A DNA stretch of 64,000 bases from an uncultured Actinomycetota bacterium. Its GTDB lineage: Bacteria > Actinomycetota > Actinomycetes > JAHEKZ01. The stretch covers positions 384,001 through 448,000 of the forward strand of contig CAVURN010000001.1 of assembly GCA_963743915.1 (NCBI GenBank), in the 5' to 3' direction. The translations under genes were made by a program, and so were the position numbers. Positions 40,371-49,669 of the stretch are shown here, in pieces; position 1 is the first letter of the stretch; each line of letters starts with the position of its first letter. The notes below the pieces were generated by a model that ran no database searches, was not told the origin of the DNA, and saw only the letters and a program-made list of their open reading frames with translations.

Positions 40371-41948
40371 GTGAGCGGACACCGCATGGAACAGAGCGAC
40401 AGGTCTTCGGGCATCAGTCTGGCCGACCTCCTAGCTACCTTCTCGCTGGCTACCGACCTCGGTCTCGGGCAGCCGATGTCCCACCTGCTGCGATCGTGGC
40501 AGATCTCCGTGCGAATGGCGGACCGGCTGGACGAGCCGGTCGACCCGGCGGCGTTGTTTCACGTCTCGATGCTTGCCTGGGTCGGCTGCGTCGCTGACGC
40601 GCCGGAGGTGACCGCGAACTTCGGTGACGACATCGAGTTCAGGGCCGACAGCTACGACATCGACCTCGGCGGCATGGCCGCCCTTGCCTTCTTTCTCGGG
40701 CACGCGGGCGCCGGTGGTTCGATAACCCAGCGGGCCCGCTCGAGCTTCTCGATAGTCGCCAGCGGAGGCCGTCGGGTCGCACAGGGGATCCAGAGCCACT
40801 GCCTGATCACGGCGGTCCTCGCCGAGGAGCTGGGTCTTGGCGAGGACATCGCGACCGCGCTCCGCCAGTTCTTTGCGCGGTGGGACGGCAAGGGGGTGCC
40901 GAAGAAGCTGGGAGGTGAGGCGATCGCGCTGCCGGTGCGCATCTTCCAGCTGGCCGACGTCGTCGAGGTCTTCGACCGGCGCAAGGGTGTCCCGGGTGCG
41001 GTCGCCGAGGCTCGGCGACGCCGCGGGACGCAGTTCGACCCCTCCCTCGTCGACCTGTTCTGTGGCTCGGCCGACGAGGTCCTGCACGACCTGCCGGACG
41101 TCTACGACTCCAGTGGACGCATCATCGCCGAGCCCTCGCTCACCCAGGAGCTCAACGAAGCAGAGCTGGACCACGCCCTGACGGCGTTGGCCGACTTCAC
41201 GGACCTGAGGTGCCCCACCCGCGCCGGACACTCCCGTCGCGTGTCCGATCTCGCAGAGCGCGCGGCCGAGCAGCTCCGGCTGAGCCCCCCAGAGGTCGCG
41301 ACGGTCCGCCGCGCGGGGCTGCTGCACGACATCGGGCTTCACGGCGTCCCGGCCATCATCCTGATGAAGGAGTCACCGCTCGACGCCAGCGAGCAGGAAC
41401 GCCTCAGAGCGGGGTCGTACTACACCGAGCGGGTGCTGGCCCGTCATCCGGCGCTGACGCAGATCGGCGGGATCGCCAGTGTGGCGCACGAGCGCATGGA
41501 CGGGTCCGGCTACCACCGAGGCCTGCAGGGGGCGGGGATCCCGGAGGCCGGCCGAGTCCTGGCGGCCGCCTGCGCGTTCGCCGACCTGACGGCCCCCCGC
41601 CAGGAGGGACCCGCCCGCGGCCCCGAGGCGGCCGCGGCCCAGCTTCGGGCCGCAGCGCAGGCCGGACGCTTCGACCCGGCCGCCACCGAAGCCGTGCTGT
41701 CCGTCGCTGGGGTCGGCGGTCGGCAGCCCGTGCAGCGACCGGCCGGACTCACCCCGCGCGAGGTGGAGGTCCTCCGGCTGATCGCCCGAGGGGCGTCCAC
41801 GCGGGAGGTCGCCCGTGACCTCGGCATCAGCCAGAAGACGGCGGGCACGCACATCGAGCGGATCTACACCAAGACGGGGGCTCACACCCGCTCCACGGCC
41901 ACGATCTTCGCCCTGAAGAACGGGCTGCTTGACCCTCTCGACTTGTAG
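40371..41948 (+). CDS. Tandem HD-GYP domain + LuxR HTH transcriptional regulator
   Basis: RWDGKG, HSRRV, LHDIG, HERMDGSGY; C-terminal LTPREVEVL..HIERIYTK. Confidence 0.88.
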   Translation: MSGHRMEQSDRSSGISLADLLATFSLATDLGLGQPMSHLLRSWQISVRMADRLDEPVDPAALFHVSMLAWVGCVADAPEVTANFGDDIEFRADSYDIDLGGMAALAFFLGHAGAGGSITQRARSSFSIVASGGRRVAQGIQSHCLITAVLAEELGLGEDIATALRQFFARWDGKGVPKKLGGEAIALPVRIFQLADVVEVFDRRKGVPGAVAEARRRRGTQFDPSLVDLFCGSADEVLHDLPDVYDSSGRIIAEPSLTQELNEAELDHALTALADFTDLRCPTRAGHSRRVSDLAERAAEQLRLSPPEVATVRRAGLLHDIGLHGVPAIILMKESPLDASEQERLRAGSYYTERVLARHPALTQIGGIASVAHERMDGSGYHRGLQGAGIPEAGRVLAAACAFADLTAPRQEGPARGPEAAAAQLRAAAQAGRFDPAATEAVLSVAGVGGRQPVQRPAGLTPREVEVLRLIARGASTREVARDLGISQKTAGTHIERIYTKTGAHTRSTATIFALKNGLLDPLDL

Positions 41949-42021
41949 GGAATTCTCCTGACGACGGGCGCTCCTTGAGCTTCTAGCGTGCGCTCAACAT
42001 CCGCTCGTCAAGGAGGAAGTC

Positions 42022-42387
42022 ATGTCCAACAAGGCCGTCGTGAGCTTGTCGACCGGACTCGAGGACGCCGAGAAGGTGACGGTCGCCCTGCTGGTAGCAG
42101 TCGGAGCCGCCGAGACGGGGCACGAGACCCTGATGTTCCTGTCCAAGGAGGCCGTCCGGCTCGCCCTTCCCGGGGTCGCTGCCGGGACCGCGTGCGACGG
42201 CTGCCCGCCACTGCCCGACCTGGTCAAGCGCTACCAGGCGGCCGGCGGCCGCTTCTACGTCTGCCCCATCTGCTTCAACGCCAAGGAGCTCGACGACGCC
42301 GAGTTCATCGAAGGTGCCGAGCTCAACGGCACGGTCCCCCTGTGGAACTGGATCGGCGACCAGCCGGCCACCACTTTCAGCTACTGA
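42022..42387 (+). CDS. DsrE family protein
   Basis: MFLSKEAV, CDGCP, YVCPIC; AGGAGG RBS. Confidence 0.82.
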   Translation: MSNKAVVSLSTGLEDAEKVTVALLVAVGAAETGHETLMFLSKEAVRLALPGVAAGTACDGCPPLPDLVKRYQAAGGRFYVCPICFNAKELDDAEFIEGAELNGTVPLWNWIGDQPATTFSY

Positions 42388-42399
42388 CGAGGAGAAGCC

Positions 42400-43179
42400 A
42401 TGAGCGACAACGGCATCAAGCTGCTCGACACAGTCGACCTCGAGGACCGGGTCAAGGCGATGTACGAGCTGGTGGCCCTCGAGCCCCAGCAGACGTTCCA
42501 CTTCGAGACCGGCCGCGCGCTCGCCGAGCGGCTGGGCTACCCGGCTGCTGACCTCGACGCGATCCCGGGCGAGGCCATCGACTCGTTCGCCGGCGTCGGC
42601 TACTTCCTCGACCTCGCCGCGCTGCAGCCCGGCGAGACGGTGCTCGACCTCGGCAGCGGCAGCGGGACGGACAGCTTCCTGGCCGCCCGCGCCGTGGGCG
42701 AAGCCGGACGAGTCATCGGCGTGGACATGACGCCGGCGCAGCTGGCCAAGGCCGGTGGGCTGGCCGAGTCCGCAGGGTACGGCTGGGTGTCGTTCGTCGA
42801 CGGCTACATCGAGCGGCCGCCGGTCGCGGACGAGTCCGTGGACTGCGTCATCTCCAACGGCGTGTTCAACCTCTCCCCCGACAAGCCGGCCGTGTTCCGC
42901 GGCGCAGCGTCGGCGCTCAGGCCGGGCGGGAGGCTCGCGATTGCCGACATCATCACCGAGGTCCGGCTCCCGGACGGCGTCACCTGCGACGCATCTCTGT
43001 GGGCGGCGTGCATCGGTGGCGCGGCCCAGCGTGACGAGTACCTCCAGATGTGCGAGGACGCCGGGCTCGGCATCGTGACCGTCCGCAGCAACGACTACCG
43101 GTTCATCTCCGACCAGGCTCTGGGCGCCAGCGAGAACTACGGCGTGTCGAGCATCAGCTTGCTGGCCCGTCGAAGCTGA
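42400..43179 (+). CDS. SAM-dependent methyltransferase, ArsM-like
   Basis: VLDLGSGSGTD, GVDMT, VISNGVFNLSPDK, WAACIGGA. Confidence 0.85.
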   Translation: MSDNGIKLLDTVDLEDRVKAMYELVALEPQQTFHFETGRALAERLGYPAADLDAIPGEAIDSFAGVGYFLDLAALQPGETVLDLGSGSGTDSFLAARAVGEAGRVIGVDMTPAQLAKAGGLAESAGYGWVSFVDGYIERPPVADESVDCVISNGVFNLSPDKPAVFRGAASALRPGGRLAIADIITEVRLPDGVTCDASLWAACIGGAAQRDEYLQMCEDAGLGIVTVRSNDYRFISDQALGASENYGVSSISLLARRS

Positions 43180-43304
43180 CAGGTGGTGCGATGCAGCCGA
43201 AGACCTTCGTCGAGTCCGCTCTCAGGAGGCGGCTACGGGACGGCGGCCGTCGGACTCGAGCGCCCTCATCCGGATCGTGGGCCCTCCGCACCCGATGCCG
43301 CATG

Positions 43305-44609
43305 TCATCCCTCGGCCCTGACTGCCGGTGTCAGAACTAGCGGCATGTCGCGGACGGTGAGCTCGTCGTACGTCTCCCGGCGCACGACGAGCCTCGCCGT
43401 GCCGTCGGCCACGAACACGACGGGCGGGCGCAACGCGCCGTTGTAGTTGCTGAGCAGGGTGTACGTGTACGCACCGGTCATCGGCATGGCGATGATGTCT
43501 CCCGGTCGTGGGTCTGCCAACGGAAGATCCGAGGCGAACAGGTCGCCTGACTCGCACTGCCGGCCGACCAGCTCGACCGGTGAACCTCCGGTGGGCCGGT
43601 CGGCCAGCGCGGCGTCGAACCGTGTTCCCACGTAGGTCGATGCCTCGAGGTTGTCGGCGATCCCACCGTCGACGGCGACGAACGTGGGCTCGCCTGCCTT
43701 GACCGTCACCACGCGGTACAAGGTCACGGCTGCTTGGGCCACGAGCGAGCGGCCGGGCTCGATCCAGAGCTCCGCGTACGGCGGCAGGTGGTCTGCCGCC
43801 GCGGTGCTGAGAGTGTCGAGGTACTCGTCGAGCGTCGGACCCTCGTCGGTGCGCGAGTAGCGCATCCCGAGCCCTCCGCCCACGTCGTACACGTCGAACG
43901 TCCCGAGGTGGGCGACGGCCTTCACCGCGTCCGCGAAGACGGGGAGCGACAGTATCTGTGACCCGATGTGCAGATGGAGGCCTCGCACGTCGAACCTGTC
44001 GCTGGCTCCCATGTGGGCCAGGGCGCGTTCCGCCTCGTCGAGCGACAGGCCGAACTTGGAGCCGTGGTGCCCGGTGGAGATCGCGGCCAGGGTCGGGGCG
44101 TCGACCCCGGGGATCACCCGGAGCAGCACCCGGTGCGGGTGTGAGCCGAGCCGCTCCAGGCGGGTGATGTCGTCCCAGCCGTCGACCACGATCGTGCCGA
44201 CTCCGGCAGCGACAGCGCGCGCGAGCTCGTCGTCGGTCTTGGCGTTGCCGTGCAGCACGATGCGCTGAGGTGGCACTCCGGCGCCGAGGGCGGTGACCAG
44301 CTCGCCACCGCCGGCGACGTCGATGTGCAGGTCCTCGTCCGCCAGCACCCGGTAGACGGCGGTGCAGGGGAACGACTTGGAGGCGAAGGCCACGCTGGAC
44401 CTCGGCCGTCGCCGTCGAAGGCCGTCACGGAAGGCGCGCGCGCGAGCGCGCAGGGCGTCCTCGTCGACCACCATGACCGGAGTCCCGAACTGCTCGGCGA
44501 GCGTCGAGAGCCGCAGCCCCTGGAGGGTGAGCGCACCGTCTGCGTCGACGTCGGTGCCGTCCGGAAAGAGGCTCAGCAGTCCGGCATCCACGGACGCGCG
44601 CCCCGTCAC
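43305..44609 (-). CDS. lysA: Diaminopimelate decarboxylase (or close paralogue)
   Basis: FASKSF, HGNAK, SKFG, HIGSQ, EPGRS, CESGD, GAY. Confidence 0.85.
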   Translation of the reverse strand: MTGRASVDAGLLSLFPDGTDVDADGALTLQGLRLSTLAEQFGTPVMVVDEDALRARARAFRDGLRRRRPRSSVAFASKSFPCTAVYRVLADEDLHIDVAGGGELVTALGAGVPPQRIVLHGNAKTDDELARAVAAGVGTIVVDGWDDITRLERLGSHPHRVLLRVIPGVDAPTLAAISTGHHGSKFGLSLDEAERALAHMGASDRFDVRGLHLHIGSQILSLPVFADAVKAVAHLGTFDVYDVGGGLGMRYSRTDEGPTLDEYLDTLSTAAADHLPPYAELWIEPGRSLVAQAAVTLYRVVTVKAGEPTFVAVDGGIADNLEASTYVGTRFDAALADRPTGGSPVELVGRQCESGDLFASDLPLADPRPGDIIAMPMTGAYTYTLLSNYNGALRPPVVFVADGTARLVVRRETYDELTVRDMPLVLTPAVRAEG

Positions 44610-45583
44610 GAGGCCGCGCCGGCGACCGCGTCATCGGGCGACGGGCCCCCGAGGAGCCAGGCGAGGAGCTCCTCCGCGCGGTTCACCAGCTCCATGTGCC
44701 CCCCGGCCATCGCCACCACCTGTGCCCCCGGGACGTGCGTCGCCAGCCACCGGCCGTGCGCCTCGGGCACCAGGGTGTCGTCCACCCCGTACCAGACCAT
44801 CGTGGGGACGGTGAGCTCCGAGAGGTCGAACCCCCAGTCCTTGACGAAGACGAGGTCGTCGTCGACCCAGCCGTCGACGCCGGTGCGGTACGACTCCTGG
44901 GTGCTGCGCCGGATCCGCTCGACGAACTCGGGCCGCGTGATGATCGCCCGGTCGGCCTCGGAGAGCTCGTACTCGTCGCCGAGGGGCTTGGACGGGTCGG
45001 TGTCCAGCCGCTCGAGGTCCCCAGCGGCCAGACGCTCCAGCTGTGGGCGCAGTGTCTCCTCGCCCTGGAGAGACCACTCGAACTCGTCGACGTTGCCCTG
45101 GGTCATGCCGGCCATCCACGCGTCGTGCTCGAGCCCAGCACTGCCCAAAGGCGCGACGCCGACCACGCACGCCGCCCGCGTCACCCGGTCGGCCAACAGG
45201 GTCGCCACGGCGAGCGCGTGCGGACCACCTCCTGACCCACCGTCGACGCAGAACTTCTCGACACCGAGGTGGTCGGCGATGGCAGCGACGTCGGACGCGG
45301 CATCAGCGACCACGCGCCCCGGCCGGCGCGTCGACAGCCCGTAGCCGGGTCGGTCGAAGCCGATCCGACGGACTCCGAGCCGTTCGTACAGGTCCGGCTT
45401 GTCCGGAGGTGGTCCGCCGTAGCGGCACCCCGGCGTCCCGTGCAGTGAGAAGCTGGGGAACCCGTCCTCCGGTCCGTACTCGGCCACTCCGAGAGTGAGA
45501 CCGTCCGGCGTGCGTACCGAGTACTGCCGGGCTTCCGGATCGGGGGTGTCCGTGCCGCCGCTGACCCAGGGGTGTGCGCTCAT
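44606..45583 (-). CDS. Alpha/beta hydrolase
   Basis: HGTPG, DRPGYG, GGSGGG nucleophile elbow, GGH. Confidence 0.88.
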   Translation of the reverse strand: MSAHPWVSGGTDTPDPEARQYSVRTPDGLTLGVAEYGPEDGFPSFSLHGTPGCRYGGPPPDKPDLYERLGVRRIGFDRPGYGLSTRRPGRVVADAASDVAAIADHLGVEKFCVDGGSGGGPHALAVATLLADRVTRAACVVGVAPLGSAGLEHDAWMAGMTQGNVDEFEWSLQGEETLRPQLERLAAGDLERLDTDPSKPLGDEYELSEADRAIITRPEFVERIRRSTQESYRTGVDGWVDDDLVFVKDWGFDLSELTVPTMVWYGVDDTLVPEAHGRWLATHVPGAQVVAMAGGHMELVNRAEELLAWLLGGPSPDDAVAGAAS

Positions 45584-45676
45584 GGCGGGAGCGTACCCAG
45601 CCACGGTGGTCGATTGGATACGCTCGAGGTTCGACGGCAGGCGTCCCCGCCGCCGTACGAGGAAAAGGAGCACGGC

Positions 45677-46877
45677 ATGGGCCGTCTCGCCCAGACCGAG
45701 GGGCTGACCGACGTCCAGCAGGAGATCCTCGCGGCCGTCCGCGAGTTCGTGGACAACGAGATCATCCCGGTCGCCAACGAGCTCGAGCATGCCGACGAGT
45801 ACCCCACCAAGATCGTCGAACAGATGCAGGAGATGGGCATCTTCGGGCTGATGATCCCCGAGGAGTACGGAGGCCTGGGTGAGTCGCTGCTCACCTACGC
45901 GCTCGGTCGTCGAGGAGATCGCCCGCGGATGGATGAGCGTCAGCGGCATCATCAACACCCATTTCATCGTCGCGTACATGCTTCTCCAGCACGGCACCGA
46001 GGAGCAGAAGCAGAGACATCTTCCGCGGATGGCCACCGGCGAGGTGCGCGGCGCCTTCTCGATGTCAGAACCTGGTTGCGGCTCGGACGTGTCGGCGATC
46101 ACCTCGCGTGCGACGCGTCGCGACGACGGCACGTTCGTGCTGAACGGACAGAAGATGTGGTTGACCAACGGTGGATCGTCCACGCTGGTCGCGGTGCTCG
46201 TGAAGACTGACGAGGGTGCTGAGAGCGTCTACCGCAACATGACGACGTTCCTGATCGAGAAGGAGCCCGGCTTCGGCGAGGTCCTTCCCGGTCTCACCAT
46301 CCCGGGCAAGATCGACAAGATGGGCTACAAGGGCGTCGACACCACCGAGCTGGTGATGGACGGCGTCGAGCTCTCCCTCGACCACGTGCTCGGCGGCCAG
46401 ACCGGTCGCGGCTTCTACCAGATGATGGACGGCGTCGAGGTCGGACGCGTCAATGTCGCCGCCCGCGCGTGCGGCGTCGCCCAGCGAGCCTTCGAGCTCG
46501 GCATCGACTACGCCCAGCAACGCGAGACCTTCGGCAAACCGATCGCGCAGCACCAGGCGGTGCTCTTCCGACTCGCCGACATGGCCACGAAGGTGGAGTC
46601 GGCACACCAGATGATGGTGATGGCGGCGCGCAAGAAGGACTCCGGCGAGCGGAACGACCTCGAGGCCGGCATGGCCAAGTACCTCGCGAGCGAGTACTGC
46701 CACGAGGTGGTCGAGGACTCCTTCCGTATCCACGGGGGCTACGGCTACTCGAAGGAGTACGAGATCGAGCGCCTCTACCGCGAGGCGCCCATGCTCCTCA
46801 TCGGAGAGGGCACGGCCGACATCCAGCGGATGATCATCGGTCGACGCCTGCTCGAGGACTACCAGCGGCGCGTCTGA
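45677..46877 (+). CDS. Acyl-CoA dehydrogenase (methylsuccinyl-CoA dehydrogenase-like); apparent +1 frameshift near 45905
   Basis: MGRLAQTEGL..EYGGLG in one frame, then EEIARG..SEPGCGSD..HGGYGY..IGEGT in the next. Confidence 0.88.
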
Positions 46878-46897
46878 CGCGCCCGGGAAGAGGACCG

Positions 46898-47359
46898 ATG
46901 GCTGAAGTGGAGCGCATGGTCGTGCGCGAGTGCGCGTCCTACGACGAGGCCCAGCGGGTGGTCGACTTTCTCTCCGACCGCGAGATCGAGGTCTCAGGGA
47001 TCCAGATCGTCGGCAGCGACCTTCGCCTGGTCGAGACGGTCACCGGTCGCATGTCGTACGGACGCGCAGCCGCCGCCGGCATGGTCACCGGCGCGTGGTT
47101 CGGACTGCTCATCGGCATGCTGCTCGGGCTGTTCGCCAACCCCGACCAGGATCCCGGCTGGACGACGCTGCTGCTGCTCGGCCTGCTGTGGGGTGCGGCC
47201 TTCGGGATCGTGTACGGACTCATCGCGCACGCCGCGACCCGGGGGCGTCGCGACTTCAGCTCGCGCAGCAAGCTCGAGGCATCTCAGTACCAGGTGACGT
47301 GCCCGGTTCCGGTCTTCGGGCGGGTGCGCCAAGCACTCGCCGAGATGCCGACGTCCTGA
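46898..47359 (+). CDS. General stress protein-like membrane protein
   Basis: YDEAQRVVDFLSD..IVGSDLRLVE..GAWFG..RRDFSS. Confidence 0.8.
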   Translation: MAEVERMVVRECASYDEAQRVVDFLSDREIEVSGIQIVGSDLRLVETVTGRMSYGRAAAAGMVTGAWFGLLIGMLLGLFANPDQDPGWTTLLLLGLLWGAAFGIVYGLIAHAATRGRRDFSSRSKLEASQYQVTCPVPVFGRVRQALAEMPTS

Positions 47360-47384
47360 TGCGAAGCCCGCGGGAGGGATACTG

Positions 47385-47894
47385 ATGCAGTTCGGTCGCT
47401 ACTACGAGGAGTTCGAGGTCGGGGCGGTCTACAAGCACTGGCCGGGGAAGACGGTCACCGAGTACGACGACCACCTCTTCTGTCTGATCACCATGAACCA
47501 CCACCCCCTGCACCTCGACGCGCACTACGCCGAGGAGACCACGGACTTCGGCAAGAACGTCGTGGTGGGCAACTACATCTACTCACTGCTGCTCGGGATG
47601 TCGGTGCCCGACGTCAGCGGCAAGGCCATCGCCAACCTCGAGATCGAGTCGCTGCGCCACGTGGCCCCGACCTTCCACGGAGACACCATCTACGGCGAGA
47701 CCACGGTGCTGGACAAGGTGGAGTCGAAGTCCAAGGACGACCGCGGAATCGTCCATGTCGAGACCATCGGCTACAAGCAGGACGGCACCGTGGTCTGCAT
47801 CTTCCGCCGCAAGGTGATGGTTCCCAAGCGTTCCTACGGCGACTCCCGCGGTGGCGAGCAGCCTGGACGCCCCGCGCCGGCGCCCCGGAGCTGA
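47385..47894 (+). CDS. MaoC family dehydratase (mesaconyl-CoA hydratase-like)
   Basis: MQFGRYYEEFEVG..HWPGKTVTEYDD..MNHHPLHLD..PTFHGDTIY. Confidence 0.88.
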   Translation: MQFGRYYEEFEVGAVYKHWPGKTVTEYDDHLFCLITMNHHPLHLDAHYAEETTDFGKNVVVGNYIYSLLLGMSVPDVSGKAIANLEIESLRHVAPTFHGDTIYGETTVLDKVESKSKDDRGIVHVETIGYKQDGTVVCIFRRKVMVPKRSYGDSRGGEQPGRPAPAPRS

Positions 47895-47906
47895 GGGGCG
47901 ACAGCC

Positions 47907-48794
47907 ATGTCCCTGCATGTCGTCGGAGCGCCGGTGGACTGCATCGGTGCCGACCCCGCGACGTTGACCCCGTTCGGCACAGAGCTGTCCCCGCGCGCAC
48001 TGCGCGAGATCGGGGTGGTCGAGCGGGTAGGAGGAGTCGACCGCGGAGACCTTGACGTTCGGGTGATCGGGCGCGAACGCGATCCGCGGACCGGACTCGT
48101 CGGAGGTCACACCGTGCACGAGACCGTGTCCGGTGTCAGGGCGGGCGTCCGCGACCTGTTGGCGCCGGACGAGCGGGTCCTGCTTCTCGGTGGATGCTGC
48201 ATCCCCCTGATGGGAGCGTTGGCGGGAGCCCGGGACGCCCGTGGCGACGTCGGGCTCGTCTATGTCGACGGTCACCTGGATCTCTATGACCACAGGACGT
48301 CGCCGACCGGCGAGGCCGCCGACATGCCGACCGCGGCCGTCCTGGGCATGGGGGAGGGCGGCTTGCTGGCGGCCCTCGACGCGCCGGTGGTGACTCCCGA
48401 CCGCGTGGCCGTCCTCGGGGCGCACGACCCCGACGAGTGGCCGGCCGTGGGTCACCTCGTCGACGAGCTGCATCTGCACGTCGTCGAACCGCCCGCCATC
48501 ACCGCCGACCCGCAGGCGGTCGCACGTGCTGCGTCGGACAAGGCGGGGTCGGGAGGGGCGTTCTGGCTCCACCTCGACGTGGATGTCTTCGACCAGGAGG
48601 CGTTCCCGGCGACGGACTACCTCATGCCGGACGGGCTCAGTGTGGAGTCCGGACACGAGCTGTTGCGGACGCTGGGAGCCGATGACCGGCTGATCGGGGT
48701 CAGCGTGGGCTGCTACAACCCTGAGAAGGACCCGGGCCGGCAGCACGGTCGCCGGCTCGTCGACCTGTTGGCGGCGGCCGTAGGCCGTGCCTGA
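47907..48794 (+). CDS. Arginase/ureohydrolase family protein (non-canonical)
   Basis: DGHLD, GEAADM, HLDVDV; GGCC in place of GGDH. Confidence 0.82.
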   Translation: MSLHVVGAPVDCIGADPATLTPFGTELSPRALREIGVVERVGGVDRGDLDVRVIGRERDPRTGLVGGHTVHETVSGVRAGVRDLLAPDERVLLLGGCCIPLMGALAGARDARGDVGLVYVDGHLDLYDHRTSPTGEAADMPTAAVLGMGEGGLLAALDAPVVTPDRVAVLGAHDPDEWPAVGHLVDELHLHVVEPPAITADPQAVARAASDKAGSGGAFWLHLDVDVFDQEAFPATDYLMPDGLSVESGHELLRTLGADDRLIGVSVGCYNPEKDPGRQHGRRLVDLLAAAVGRA

Positions 48795-49000
48795 GGGCAC
48801 CGTCGTGGAACATCGTGACCCATCTGACCTGTGCAAACGTCGTCAGACCGGGTCCGCGTTCCGGAGGGTGGAACACTAGCCTTGTCCCTGTCCGGATGGC
48901 TGGACAGCGGCATGGGGGTCTTGGACCCTGGCAGCACGCGAGCCCCGCGCCGATGATCGCTCACCCCTGAAATGCACACACGCACGGAGGAACGGACGCC

Positions 49001-49669
49001 ATGACGCCTGAGGAGATCTTGAAGGGTCTGTTCGATGAGACGTTGGTGGGGAATGCGCCGGCGGTGTTGGAGCTGACGAATGCGGGTCTGGGGTTGGGGA
49101 TGGATCCGGAGACGTTGTTGTTCGAGGCGTTGATCCCGTCTTTGGAGGAGGTGGGGGCGCGGTTCGAGCGTGGTGATTTCTTCGTGCCGGAGATGTTGAT
49201 CGCGGGTAAGGCGATGAGTGGGGCGTTGGACGTGTTGCGTCCGTTGTTGGCGGCCACGGGTGCGGAGACGGTGGGCAAGTTCTTGATGGGCACGGTGAAG
49301 GGGGATGTGCATGACATCGGGAAGAACTTGGTGAACATCATGTTGGAGGGGGCGGGGTTCGAGGTGATCGACCTGGGGGTGCAGGTGGCGCCGGAGAAGT
49401 TCGTGGAGGCGATCACCGAGCACCGCCCGGACATTGTGGGGTTCAGTGCGTTCTTGACCACGACGATGCCGATGTTCAAGGCGAACATCAACGCGTTGGA
49501 GAAGGCGGGGTTGCGGGATCAGGTGATCGTGATGGTCGGGGGTGCTCCGGTGACCCAGGAGTACGCCGACGCGGTCGGCGCTGACGGGTACGCCGCTGAC
49601 GCCTCCACCGCGGTCCGCCGCGCCAAAGAGCTCCTCGGCCACCGCCGCTCCCTGGTTGCCGCCCCGTGA
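49001..49669 (+). CDS. Stand-alone corrinoid (cobalamin-binding) protein, MttC/MtbC-like
   Basis: Cap domain (FFVPEML), GTVKGDVHDIGKN (DxHxxG), SAFLTTT, VGGAP; GGAGG RBS. Confidence 0.93.
   Translation: MTPEEILKGLFDETLVGNAPAVLELTNAGLGLGMDPETLLFEALIPSLEEVGARFERGDFFVPEMLIAGKAMSGALDVLRPLLAATGAETVGKFLMGTVKGDVHDIGKNLVNIMLEGAGFEVIDLGVQVAPEKFVEAITEHRPDIVGFSAFLTTTMPMFKANINALEKAGLRDQVIVMVGGAPVTQEYADAVGADGYAADASTAVRRAKELLGHRRSLVAAP

Noticed and set aside
42400-43179. Calling the methyltransferase arsM or a selenoprotein
   Set aside because: Two of the As-binding Cys motifs are missing, there are no ars genes nearby, and there is no in-frame TGA within the domain.
48795-49000. Cobalamin riboswitch before the corrinoid operon
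   Set aside because: The B12-box and GGGAA/GCCACTG core elements were not found; the region is kept only as an unknown structured candidate.
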